Shown piece by piece: positions 51,616 through 60,865 of a stretch of 64,000 bases of DNA (position 1 is the stretch's first letter; every line of letters starts with the position of its first letter). The translations under genes and the position numbers were made by a program. The notes below the pieces were generated by a model. The model searched no databases, was not told the DNA's origin, and worked only from the letters and a program-made list of their open reading frames with translations. Source of the stretch: Tagaea sp. (GTDB lineage Bacteria > Pseudomonadota > Alphaproteobacteria > CACIAM-22H2); NCBI GenBank assembly GCA_965279525.1, contig CBDIIB010000003.1, positions 320,001 through 384,000 on the forward strand, read 5' to 3'.

Positions 51616-53004
51616 GTGATCAGTCTCGACAACCTGGAAACCTTGTGGACGCGCATTCGCCCGTGGGCCCTGCGACAGGAACAGCGCCTGGAGCTCGTGG
51701 CCCAGCTCGAACTCCGCCTGGTGGACGAAAGCGTTCGAAAGCTTACCTCCGGCTGGCCGCACAGGGCGACCTTCTACTGGCTGTCTGCCGAACGAAAATT
51801 CAATCTCCGTGAATCCATGATCTGGCTCGCTCTGGCCGCGTCGGAATCGGACCTGGCCGCGAAGTTTCTGGTTACACGGCTCGTCGCACGCGCCCGAAGG
51901 GACGAGAAGAGATCTCGAAATCTGCTGCTCCGTGCCGCGTTGATTACCGAAATGAGCATGACCGTTGCCGGCATCGAGCGTGAATTCGAGCAAAACAGGA
52001 CTGACGCGGAAAATGTCGCGAGCGGCCTTGAAGAAGAAAGGAATCGTAGGCTTGAAAAAGCGCATGCAGACGGTCCTGATGTCGCCAGGGTGTCAACCGA
52101 TGGCGACGATGTCCCGGTCGAGCCTTCGATCCCGCAGTTCAAAGTTCCAGTTCTATTGGGTCGACTGACGCTGTCAGGGGACCGTGAGACCGTTTCAAAA
52201 CTGAGGGAGTACCGCAAGCTGGAGGATCCGACCGCTCGTGTCGTGGTTGATCCAGGCTGGCGTCGTCGACTCGTGGAGCCGCGTTGGTTCAAGCCTGTCA
52301 TCGATCTGGTGGACCGGCGCCTCATGGCGCTTCGGAACCGTCCTTTTCGGCTCTCGCCGCTGCTGATCGTAGGGCCGCCGGGCATCGGCAAAAGTCGATT
52401 CATCGCGGATCTCGCAAATGTTCTCGGCGTACCGCTGCTGCCGCTCTGCTTTGCAGGACAGAGCGACGCGCGGGCGCTTCTCGGCACCGCTCGCGGGTGG
52501 TCGACTGCCAACCCGACGGTGGTCGTCGACTTGATCCTGCGGCACAAGCGGGCAAACCCCATCGTCTTTATCGACGAGATTGAGAAGTCCACGGTCAGCC
52601 ACAACGGCGATCCGATCGCAGCGATCTTGACGATGCTGGAGCCCGAGACGGCGCGTAGATTCCACGATCCACTTTTGCAGGTCGAGGTCGATCTCAGCCA
52701 CGTCAGCTGGATCGCCGGTGCAAACTCGCTGAAGGGGCTACCGGCACCCTTGCTCTCGAGATTTCATGTGGTCGAAGTCGAGCGTCCGGATGGCAGAGAC
52801 TGGAGCCTGGTTCGAGAGACGCTACTGCATGAAATTGCGAGTTCGTATCAAATGCCTTTCGTCGCCCTCCCGACCCTGAACCCACTGGTCGACGACATGA
52901 TGCGCGCACTACTTGACCGACGCCGGGACCTGCGCGTTGTCCGGCGCGTGTTCGAAGAGGTGTTGGGCGTCTCTTTGGAAGAGCGCGAATTGTTGAGAAA
53001 TTAG
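51616..53004 (+). CDS. Lon-type AAA+ ATPase without a protease domain
   Basis: Walker A GPPGIGKS, Walker B VFIDEIEK, 'ANPIV', 'GDP...LTMLEPE...FHD...VDLSHV.WIAGAN', Arg finger 'LLSRF'. Confidence 0.85.
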   Translation: MISLDNLETLWTRIRPWALRQEQRLELVAQLELRLVDESVRKLTSGWPHRATFYWLSAERKFNLRESMIWLALAASESDLAAKFLVTRLVARARRDEKRSRNLLLRAALITEMSMTVAGIEREFEQNRTDAENVASGLEEERNRRLEKAHADGPDVARVSTDGDDVPVEPSIPQFKVPVLLGRLTLSGDRETVSKLREYRKLEDPTARVVVDPGWRRRLVEPRWFKPVIDLVDRRLMALRNRPFRLSPLLIVGPPGIGKSRFIADLANVLGVPLLPLCFAGQSDARALLGTARGWSTANPTVVVDLILRHKRANPIVFIDEIEKSTVSHNGDPIAAILTMLEPETARRFHDPLLQVEVDLSHVSWIAGANSLKGLPAPLLSRFHVVEVERPDGRDWSLVRETLLHEIASSYQMPFVALPTLNPLVDDMMRALLDRRRDLRVVRRVFEEVLGVSLEERELLRN

Positions 53005-53126
53005 CCAGCAACAGGGCTTGGAACGTACCCGGCGATAACTGGTGACTTTAGTTGTCTTGGCCCCGTCCCGTCGGGAATATCAGAAGCCTGTGGCCAACCG
53101 CCCGTCCCGGCGTTCGGTCTTACCTC

Positions 53127-54458
53127 TCATGGCCGAAACAGAATTCTCGGCGTTTCACTTGCCACCGACGGGACGGGCATCAAGTGCTCGGTCGGCTCCA
53201 GCGATCGAATGCGCTTCCAGATCGGGTTATCTGCGGCCATTCGGACAACATCACTTAAACCCAGTCGATCGAACGATGCTTCGAGCTTGGATACTTGCCG
53301 TTTCATTTCGACCGCAACCCAGCGCCAGATCTGAATTCCGTATTTGCCCTGCAGTGCGCTTCGGCGAGCAGCAGGGATATTCGACTTGATTGTCCACTGT
53401 CCCGGCTTCGGGAGCGGAAAGGCTTGGCTGTCCATCCACGCGTCGACACCCAACTGGATGGCTACCAGGCGTTCATTGGTTTCCCGTTCCGCTTCAGCGA
53501 TCTTGGCCTCGCGCTCGCGTAGGGCCTGCTTTTCGAGCTTGGTAGCGTGCTCGGCTGCTTCTGCCCGTTTCTTTGCTTCCGCGGCGGCTGCTTCTGCCTC
53601 TCGTGCTCTTGCGATGTGCGATTCCGCTGCCGATAGGGCGAGGTTTGCCTCCGCCAATCGTTCGTTGGTCGCCAGCTCCAACTGCCGAACGCTATCGCTG
53701 AACCTGGCGTTCTGGATGTGGGCTGCTTCAACTTCGATACGCAGGGCATCGGCCATATCAAGCTTGTAGTCCGCAGCTGCGTCACGCCCCTCGATCGCGT
53801 GTTCCCATTCCTGAATTCGGCGAAACTCCCGCGGCGGAATATGCTTCCGGTCGGATGGGATGCCGCGGAACATTCCGAAATCTTGGAAGGTTTCGTGCGC
53901 GACATCTTGGATTTCCGACCCGCGCTGTTTCAAGGTGGTTTTGGAACATCCATGCAGGGCCCTTTTTGTCGATACAGCCCGCTTCACCTTGCCCGTCTTT
54001 GTCCGCGTTTCGGTCACCGGCACGACGAAGGCAGACCCATGCATGTTTCCATTCGGTTCGTCGTGGTCAATCCGGATCGCGGCGACGCTTCCCTCGCCGA
54101 AGAGGCGTTCGACCATCTTCTTAATTCTCTCGGAGAACACGGCTTGAAGTCGGTCGCCGCCCAATTCCCATGCCTCACGTGTCCCCCAGACCAGGAGTTC
54201 AAGTCCGACTGAGGCACCTTTCCTAAATGCCGCTCGCTGCTGGCGGGCACACGCCTTCATCTGGCTGACGAGAGCGAGCGGCGGGACATGAGGATCGCAC
54301 CCCCAGACCATATTCCGTTCGGTCAGCTCCCGTGCGACGTGCCGGAGATCGCCCATAGATCTCCTGCCATGGGCAGCAAGCCGACCGGCATCTGCGAATT
54401 GTGGAATACGATCGGCTCGTGCCGAGATAATTGGTAGGTTCCGCCGCTCCATCTGCAT
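53127..54458 (-). CDS. MobV/Pre-family relaxase (variant motif III) with coiled-coil tail
   Basis: Motif I 'HGRR', 'ELL', 'DHDE....MH....VVP', 'QD....GMFRG..SDRKH....F'; GGAAAGGA RBS before ATG 54458. Confidence 0.7.
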   Translation of the reverse strand: MQMERRNLPIISARADRIPQFADAGRLAAHGRRSMGDLRHVARELTERNMVWGCDPHVPPLALVSQMKACARQQRAAFRKGASVGLELLVWGTREAWELGGDRLQAVFSERIKKMVERLFGEGSVAAIRIDHDEPNGNMHGSAFVVPVTETRTKTGKVKRAVSTKRALHGCSKTTLKQRGSEIQDVAHETFQDFGMFRGIPSDRKHIPPREFRRIQEWEHAIEGRDAAADYKLDMADALRIEVEAAHIQNARFSDSVRQLELATNERLAEANLALSAAESHIARAREAEAAAAEAKKRAEAAEHATKLEKQALREREAKIAEAERETNERLVAIQLGVDAWMDSQAFPLPKPGQWTIKSNIPAARRSALQGKYGIQIWRWVAVEMKRQVSKLEASFDRLGLSDVVRMAADNPIWKRIRSLEPTEHLMPVPSVASETPRILFRP

Positions 54459-54577
54459 TTCCTTTCCACTACGAAGATACGGAGCGTTGTCGGGAATGGG
54501 AAAAATTCGAGAACCCACTTCCCGAATATTGGCGGTATCTGAATACGCCATGCGGAGCGAGGTGGTTTCAAAAGAAG

Positions 54578-54720
54578 GCCGGGGCGCCGCAAAGGCCAGC
54601 TTGTGCCATCCAGAGGCCAGCTTGTGCCATCCAGAGGCCCGGCTTTTCTAAAAGCATAGATAGCCGGGGCGCCGCAGAGGCCAGCTTGTGCCATCCAGAG
54701 GCCCGGCTTTTCTAAAAGCA
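54578..54720. repeat. Nested direct-repeat block (3 x 21 bp inside a duplicated ~58-bp unit)
   Basis: AGGCCAGCTTGTGCCATCCAG at 54593, 54614 and 54678; AGGCCCGGCTTTTCTAAAAGCA at 54635 and 54699; GCCGGGGCGCCGCA at 54578 and 54663. Confidence 0.92.
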
Positions 54721-54834
54721 CGGAAAGCAGCTTCTCTCTGAACCAGCGAAAGTTCTCTGACTGACGCGAACTGATCTCTGCAGCACTCGAACTCTCGGAC
54801 TGTTTCCTTGGGCGTCAAATCCTGGGTGCGGCCA

Positions 54835-55235
54835 AAGCGACGAAAAACGACCTTCAGGGGCAGGCTACGGCTCGAAGCGGTGAGGCGGGCTCCATACGCC
54901 AGCAGTCCGCCCGTTGGGAGGAGGCCCGAACAACAGGAGATCGAGCGGCTACCCCGTGAGGTCACGACGCTGAATGCAGAGGCGATAGTCCAAAAAATGT
55001 CGCGGACTACTTCACGAGGGAGTCTACCTGAAGTTCGGCTTTGTGGCGAAGAACGGAGCGATCTGGCCGGTGCGGCGAATGTGCGGGGCGCGCCGAGTGT
55101 CTCCCACAGCAGGTTTCATGTCTGTCGGGGCGGCCCGCCGAGTGACGGGGCCGTCTATGGCGGTGTGCTGGACCGCGAAGTTCGATCGAGTTTCCTGAGC
55201 AGCGATCCGACCTACAACGCCCGGCGGGTCTGGAC
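54835..55235 (+). pseudogene. Degenerate IS3-family transposase fragment (orfA end and orfB start)
   Basis: Fragments 'LEAVR', 'PEQQEIERL.REV..L.AE', 'KFGFVAK', 'IWPV', 'SFLSSDPTYNARRVW' spread over frameshifts. Confidence 0.75.
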
Positions 55236-55471
55236 TGCTGCCGGCATCAAATCGGGCAGAAAGCCCCGATAACACTGCTTGGTCGTGATGGCGCTGCCGG
55301 CCAGCCATCGTGACAGACGCCGAAAACTCTAACCATCGGCGGTCCGAAGTTCGGTCTCATAGCAGTCTGTTTGCCGTAATGCGCATTCCACCCCTCAGAC
55401 CATTGAAGTCGTTCCCTCTACTGAAGTCGAGGCGTCGAGATTGGCGCTTTAAATTCAGTCACCGACTGCCG

Positions 55472-56317
55472 CTAACGCACAGTCTTCAGTACAGTCGTTC
55501 CCACAAGAGCAACCGCGATCGAGATGGCGCGCGCAAGGCGGACGCGTTCCTTGAAGAAGACGATCCCGATCACCACGGCAAAGATCACGCTGGTCTCCCG
55601 CAGGGCGGCAACAAGCGGCAGCGGCGCCTGGGTCATCGCCCAGACAACCGTCCAGGCCCCGCCAAAACCGAGAAGGCCCGCCGCGGCGGCCATCAGGCGC
55701 GCCCGACCGGGGACGGGGGCTACCGGTCCCGGCCGCAGCGCGCGCGTCGCAGCCGTGACCAGCACGGCACCGATTACGGTCTGCCATACGACGTATCCGT
55801 GGACGGAGCCTGATAGCCGAGCGCCGAGCCCGTCGATGACTGTGTAGCTGGCAATGAAGCAACTCGTCCCCAGCGCCCAGACGACAGGACGCATGTCGCG
55901 CAGTCCGTCCGTTCCGCGTGACAGGGAGAGACTGACGATCCCTGCGGAGATGAGAAGGACTGCGAACTGCGCCGTCGCGTCAAGTTCTTCTCCGAGAACC
56001 AAGATCGAGATCGCGGCGACAAGGATGGGCACGACACCGCGCGCGAGTGGGTAGACGTGGCTGAACTCACCGACCCGGTAGGCGCGCTGCAGGAACTCCA
56101 TGTAGGCAACGCCGAGGGCAGAACTCGCGATCATGTAGCCGAAGCTTTCGGCCGACGGCATCGGGAAGATCGGCAGCAAGAACGATGCAACGATGCCTTG
56201 GGCGGCAAACATCGTCTCGACCGCGGCCGCCCGGTCCGATCCGGCCTTGAGAATCGCATTCCAGATCGCATGGACCACGGCTGCGCCGAGGATCATCAGG
56301 AAGACGGAGGTTTCCAT
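55472..56317 (-). CDS. EamA/DMT-family transporter
   Basis: 'AAVVHAIWNAILK', 'YPLARG', 'YTVIDG', 'ALRETSVIF'. Confidence 0.92.
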   Translation of the reverse strand: METSVFLMILGAAVVHAIWNAILKAGSDRAAAVETMFAAQGIVASFLLPIFPMPSAESFGYMIASSALGVAYMEFLQRAYRVGEFSHVYPLARGVVPILVAAISILVLGEELDATAQFAVLLISAGIVSLSLSRGTDGLRDMRPVVWALGTSCFIASYTVIDGLGARLSGSVHGYVVWQTVIGAVLVTAATRALRPGPVAPVPGRARLMAAAAGLLGFGGAWTVVWAMTQAPLPLVAALRETSVIFAVVIGIVFFKERVRLARAISIAVALVGTTVLKTVR

Positions 56318-56689
56318 CGCGCGTACTCCGATCGTGCCGTCAGGTCCGGAACACCGCGAAGAGTCTGCCGCTGGCGGGCCGCATCATCCTCGTCGTTCGG
56401 AATTTCTGCTCTGCCGTACGATTCACAGAGGTCTTCTTCATCAGTCCCATTCTTGCCCTGCTACAGGATGACAATGTCCTGAAATCATTCTGCTCCGCAA
56501 ATATCTCGATGAGTCGCACGGATCCGACAGGAGACGGAAAGGAATATGGGAGCTCCCGGCCACCGCCGACGGCACCGTCCTGACCATTCTGTTGTTCGCG
56601 GGGTGGGTCGTGGATTCGAGCGTACTTCTGGAAGAACGCCGTGGGCATCCGGCGCCTGTCCGCAATAATGCGTAGCCCCAAGTCAGGGC

Positions 56690-56718
56690 TTGACAGTGAT
56701 CTAAAACGATCACAGACT
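56690..56718 (+). promoter_or_regulatory. sigma70 promoter with an embedded palindromic operator
   Basis: TTGACA-N17-CAGACT; GTGATC-N6-GATCAC (56696-56713) fills the spacer. Confidence 0.6.
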
Positions 56719-56756
56719 GCTCGTTAACAATCATAATATTGAGAAAATAATCAAAA

Positions 56757-57554
56757 ATGTTCGACGAACGGGGAGAATCTGAGCGATATCGGTCGGTGCC
56801 GCAGCGTCAAGCGCGGCTGCTTGATCTACTTCGTTCGAACCTGTTCACAGACGTACAACTCCTGCGCGAGCACCTCGGCGTATCGATCGCGACAATCCGC
56901 CGGGACCTCAGTGAGCTTGAAAGCCGTGGGCTGTTGAAGCGCACCCATGGCGGGGCAACGGTCATCAACCAAGTGACCCGCGACGCAGTCGCAGCGGTTC
57001 GCGAGACTTCCTACGCAGCAGAGAAATCGCGCATCGGGAAGGCGGCCGCCGAACTGATCGTTGAAGGCGATGCGGTCGTCCTCGACAGCGGCACGACGTC
57101 GCTGGCCGTAGCGCGCGAACTTGCCTCGAACAGGTCCCTCACATTCGTGACCAATGGCACCGACGTCCTGGCGGCTCTGGTTGCCGGCGGCGCGCGCAAT
57201 GTCCATTTCATCGGTGGCGAATACGTGGAGATCAACCACTCGACCGGCGGGCCGATGGCTTGCGAGATGGTCCGCCGCTTCAACGTCGACAAAGCCATTC
57301 TGAGCGTCTCGTCGGTCGACCTCAACCGCGGGCTTCTATGTACGTTGCTGCCGCAGGTTTCTTCCGTCCAGCAGGCGATGATCGAAATATCGCAGACGGT
57401 GATCGTGGTGGCCGACAACTCGAAGTTCGATCGCACGGCGTTGTGCGTGATCGCCCCGCTCTCGGACGTCGACTACATCGTGACCGACGCGGGCACCGCG
57501 CCCGCGACTGAAAACCTCGCCGACGACATCAAGCAGAAATTCGTTTTCGCCTGA
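56757..57554 (+). CDS. DeoR/GlpR-family transcriptional regulator
   Basis: 'VSIATIRRDL', 'RTHGGA', 'LDSGTT', 'ADNSKF'. Confidence 0.95.
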   Translation: MFDERGESERYRSVPQRQARLLDLLRSNLFTDVQLLREHLGVSIATIRRDLSELESRGLLKRTHGGATVINQVTRDAVAAVRETSYAAEKSRIGKAAAELIVEGDAVVLDSGTTSLAVARELASNRSLTFVTNGTDVLAALVAGGARNVHFIGGEYVEINHSTGGPMACEMVRRFNVDKAILSVSSVDLNRGLLCTLLPQVSSVQQAMIEISQTVIVVADNSKFDRTALCVIAPLSDVDYIVTDAGTAPATENLADDIKQKFVFA

Positions 57555-57578
57555 GCGCGGAAACACGGAGGGAGCAGC

Positions 57579-58610
57579 GTGGCGCGAATTCGCGTACAAA
57601 ATCTGGCGAAGGCATGGGGCGACTTCCGCGCCGTCGACAATATCGACTTCGAAACGAACGATTCAGAGTTCGTCGCGTTGCTGGGACCAAGCGGGTGCGG
57701 GAAGTCGACGACGTTGCGACTGATCGCGGGGCTCGACGAGGCGACTTCAGGCCAGATTTTCATCGATGATAGGGACGTCACGAATTTGGCGGCCGCAAAG
57801 CGCAATCTTGCTCTGGTTTTCCAATCCTACGCGCTGTTCCCGCACCTCAACGTCGCCGAAAACATCACTTTCGGCCTGTCGGTCCGCGGCGTACCTCGTG
57901 CCGAGCGGGAACGGCGGCTTGAGAAAACCGCCGCGCTGCTGGGCGTCGGCATGTTGCTCGATCGGAAACCCAACCAGTTGTCGGGCGGGCAGCAGCAACG
58001 CGTCGCGCTGGGCCGAGCGCTGATCTCGGAAGCGCCGGTCTGCCTTCTCGACGAACCACTGTCGAACCTCGACGCCAAGCTGCGCGCCGAAATGCGCAAC
58101 GAGATCCGCATGCTGCAGCGCCGATTGGGCATCACGATGGTGTTCGTGACGCACGATCAGACCGAGGCGATGAGTATGGCGGACCGCGTGATCCTTATGC
58201 GGAACGGCAAGGTCGAGCAATGCGGCACGCCGGCCGAGCTGTACGAGAAGCCGGCCTCGACGTTTGTGGCTGGCTTCATCGGGACACCGCCGATGAATCT
58301 CGTCACGGCGCTTCCGAAGGGCGAGCGGCTTGCGGTCGCTGCGGGATCGAGTCCCTCCGGCGGGATCGTGCTCGGCATCAGGCCGGAGCACATCGCGCTC
58401 GCCGACGATGGCCAAGAAGCTGTCGTGGCCGGCAGCGAATACTTCGGTGCCGACACGGTCGTCACCTGCCTGGTGGGCGAGCAGAAGCTGATGGTCCGCG
58501 TCCCCGGACGTCCCGGCCTCGGCGACGGTGCGCGGGTGCATCTCGCGTGGCCGGCGTCGTCGGAACATCTCTTCGATGCAAAAAGCGGATCCCGTCAGAA
58601 ATCGCACTGA
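57579..58610 (+). CDS. Sugar/sn-glycerol-3-phosphate ABC transporter ATP-binding protein
   Basis: GPSGCGKS, LSGGQQQR, LLDEPLSNLD. Confidence 0.95.
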   Translation: MARIRVQNLAKAWGDFRAVDNIDFETNDSEFVALLGPSGCGKSTTLRLIAGLDEATSGQIFIDDRDVTNLAAAKRNLALVFQSYALFPHLNVAENITFGLSVRGVPRAERERRLEKTAALLGVGMLLDRKPNQLSGGQQQRVALGRALISEAPVCLLDEPLSNLDAKLRAEMRNEIRMLQRRLGITMVFVTHDQTEAMSMADRVILMRNGKVEQCGTPAELYEKPASTFVAGFIGTPPMNLVTALPKGERLAVAAGSSPSGGIVLGIRPEHIALADDGQEAVVAGSEYFGADTVVTCLVGEQKLMVRVPGRPGLGDGARVHLAWPASSEHLFDAKSGSRQKSH

Positions 58611-58653
58611 CGGAAACGGTCGAAACGAAAACAAAAATCCAAAGGAGGAAACA

Positions 58654-59955
58654 ATGAGCACGATAACAATGAAACGCAGGACGGCGCTGTTGGGTGCGGC
58701 GATGCTGGGGGTCCTTGCGGCTGCGCCGACCCGCGCCCAGACCGCGATCGACTTCTACTACCCCATTCAGGTTGGCGGGCCTCTCACGAAAGTCATCGAC
58801 GGATACATTGCCAAGTTCACCGAGGCGAATCCCGGCATCAAGGTGAATGCTGTCTATTCGGGCAACTATACCGACACGACGACAAAAGCATCGACTGCGG
58901 CAAAGAGCGGAGCACCACCGGCCGTGGCCGTGCTCCTTGCGACCGACATCTTCTCGTTGATCGATGAAGACATCGTCGAACCTGTCGGCACCTTCATCAA
59001 GACCGACGCTGACAAGGCCTGGCTTGCCGGCTTCATGCCCGCCTATCTCAAGAGTGCGCAGGTCGGGGGGAAACTTTGGTCGATCCCGTTCCAGCGTTCG
59101 ACAGCCGTGCTCTACTACAACAAGGATGCTTTCGCGGCGGCAGGCCTCGACCCCAACAAGCCGCCGAAGACCTGGGCAGAAATGGTCACTGCGGGGAAGG
59201 CCGTGCTGCAGAAGGACGCGTCCGGAAAAGTCACGCGCTGGGGCGTCGGCATTCCTGGCAACATCGGCTCTTCGCAATGGATGTTCGGCGCGCTGGTGGC
59301 GCAGAACGGGGGGCGTCTGATGAACGACGAAGGCACGGAAACTTACCTGACCGACCAGAAGGTCGTCGACGCGCTCCAGTTCTGGGTCGATCTCAGCGTT
59401 AAGGAAGGCGTGCATCCTCCGGGCATCCAGGAATGGGGCACGACGCCGCAGGACTTCCTCGAGCAGCGCATCGCCATGATCTGGACGACGACGGGCAATC
59501 TAACCAACATCGCCCGCAACGCTTCGTTCAAGTTCGGACTCGCGCCGTATCCCGGCAATCCGAAACCCGCGTCTGTGCTTGGTGGCGGAAACTTCTACAT
59601 CTTCAAGAAAGCGCCCGAAGCGCAGAAGGAAGCCGCCTTCAAACTCGTCAAGTTCCTCACGACGGATGAACTCCAGGCGGACTGGGCGATCCAGACCGGT
59701 TACGTGGCGCCTCGCGACGGTGCGTGGGCAGTGCCGATCCTCAAGGAGTATACGGCCAAGCTTCCGGATGCCCTGGTGGCCAAGAACCAGATTCCGGATT
59801 CGGTGCCGGAGTTCTCGACCTACGAGAGCGCACGCACGACACGCGTCTTGAATGATGCGATCTCGGCTGCCTTGACCGGCAGCAAGACACCGCGGCAGGC
59901 GCTCACCGAGGCGCAGGTCGCGATCGAACGGATCCTTCGGCCGTATCGTCGCTGA
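58654..59955 (+). CDS. ABC substrate-binding protein (UgpB-like)
   Basis: Signal peptide; 'IPFQRSTAVLYYNKD', 'PPKTW', 'TGYV'. Confidence 0.88.
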   Translation: MSTITMKRRTALLGAAMLGVLAAAPTRAQTAIDFYYPIQVGGPLTKVIDGYIAKFTEANPGIKVNAVYSGNYTDTTTKASTAAKSGAPPAVAVLLATDIFSLIDEDIVEPVGTFIKTDADKAWLAGFMPAYLKSAQVGGKLWSIPFQRSTAVLYYNKDAFAAAGLDPNKPPKTWAEMVTAGKAVLQKDASGKVTRWGVGIPGNIGSSQWMFGALVAQNGGRLMNDEGTETYLTDQKVVDALQFWVDLSVKEGVHPPGIQEWGTTPQDFLEQRIAMIWTTTGNLTNIARNASFKFGLAPYPGNPKPASVLGGGNFYIFKKAPEAQKEAAFKLVKFLTTDELQADWAIQTGYVAPRDGAWAVPILKEYTAKLPDALVAKNQIPDSVPEFSTYESARTTRVLNDAISAALTGSKTPRQALTEAQVAIERILRPYRR

Positions 59956-59971
59956 AGTTCATCCGGATACG

Positions 59972-60865
59972 ATGAGGTCGAACATGTCCATGGCAGGACC
60001 CCGCACGATGCTGTACAGCGCCTTGCTGCTGCTGCCGGCGACGGCCCTGCTATGGGTGTTCACCTACCAGCCGATCGTTACCACCATCGTCAACAGCCTC
60101 TACACGACGCCTCGCGGCCGACGTCCCTCCGTCTTCGCCGGTCTCGAGAACTACGAGACGATGATCGCCGATCCGATTTTCTGGAAGGCGATGACCAACA
60201 ACCTGATCTACGCGTTGACGACGATCCCGATTTCCATCGTGTTGGCGCTCGCGATGGCCCTGTTGGTCAGCAGCAGCCTGCGCGGCCAGGGATTGGTGCG
60301 GATGGCGTTCTTCACGCCAACCGTGCTGCCCATGGTGGCTGTCGCGAATATCTGGCTGTTCTTCTATGCGCCGGATTACGGGTTGATCGATAAGTTCCTT
60401 GGCCTTTTCGGCATGGGCGGTACCAACATCCTGGGCTCGTCGGAGACGGCGCTTGCGGCGATCATCACGATCACGGTGTGGAAGGAGGCCGGCTTCTTCA
60501 TGATCTTCTATCTCGCGGGCCTGCAGCAGATATCTCCAACCTTGCTGGAAGCCGCGCGCCTCGAAGGAGCGGGATTCTGGCAGACGCTGTGGCGCGTGCA
60601 GATCCCGTTGCTGATGCCGACCACGCTTTTCATCTCCATCAATGCGGTCATCGGCGCCTTTCGCCTGGTGGATCATGTCGTCGCGATGACCAAGGGCGGG
60701 CCCGACAACACGACGATGCTGCTGCTGTTCTACATCTATCAGACAGGTTTCGCATTCTGGGACACGGCCTACGCCGCAGCGCTTACGGTGGTGCTGCTCG
60801 CGATCCTCGCCACAATCGCGCTGTTCCAGTTCGGCTACGCGGACAAGCGGGTGCATTACAGATGA
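59972..60865 (+). CDS. Carbohydrate ABC permease (UgpA-like)
   Basis: 'GLENY', EAA loop 'LEAARLEGA'. Confidence 0.92.
   Translation: MRSNMSMAGPRTMLYSALLLLPATALLWVFTYQPIVTTIVNSLYTTPRGRRPSVFAGLENYETMIADPIFWKAMTNNLIYALTTIPISIVLALAMALLVSSSLRGQGLVRMAFFTPTVLPMVAVANIWLFFYAPDYGLIDKFLGLFGMGGTNILGSSETALAAIITITVWKEAGFFMIFYLAGLQQISPTLLEAARLEGAGFWQTLWRVQIPLLMPTTLFISINAVIGAFRLVDHVVAMTKGGPDNTTMLLLFYIYQTGFAFWDTAYAAALTVVLLAILATIALFQFGYADKRVHYR

Noticed and set aside
54578-54720. Possible mini-CRISPR array
   Set aside because: Repeats are directly tandem or separated by duplicated sequence rather than unique spacers, and no cas genes are present.
48410-54720. Prophage or PICI call for the island
   Set aside because: No capsid, terminase, primase or tail genes; a relaxase is present instead.
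56340-56734. Short minus-strand ORFs between the DMT and DeoR genes
   Set aside because: No recognisable motifs or RBS, and they overlap the promoter region; possibly decayed sequence.
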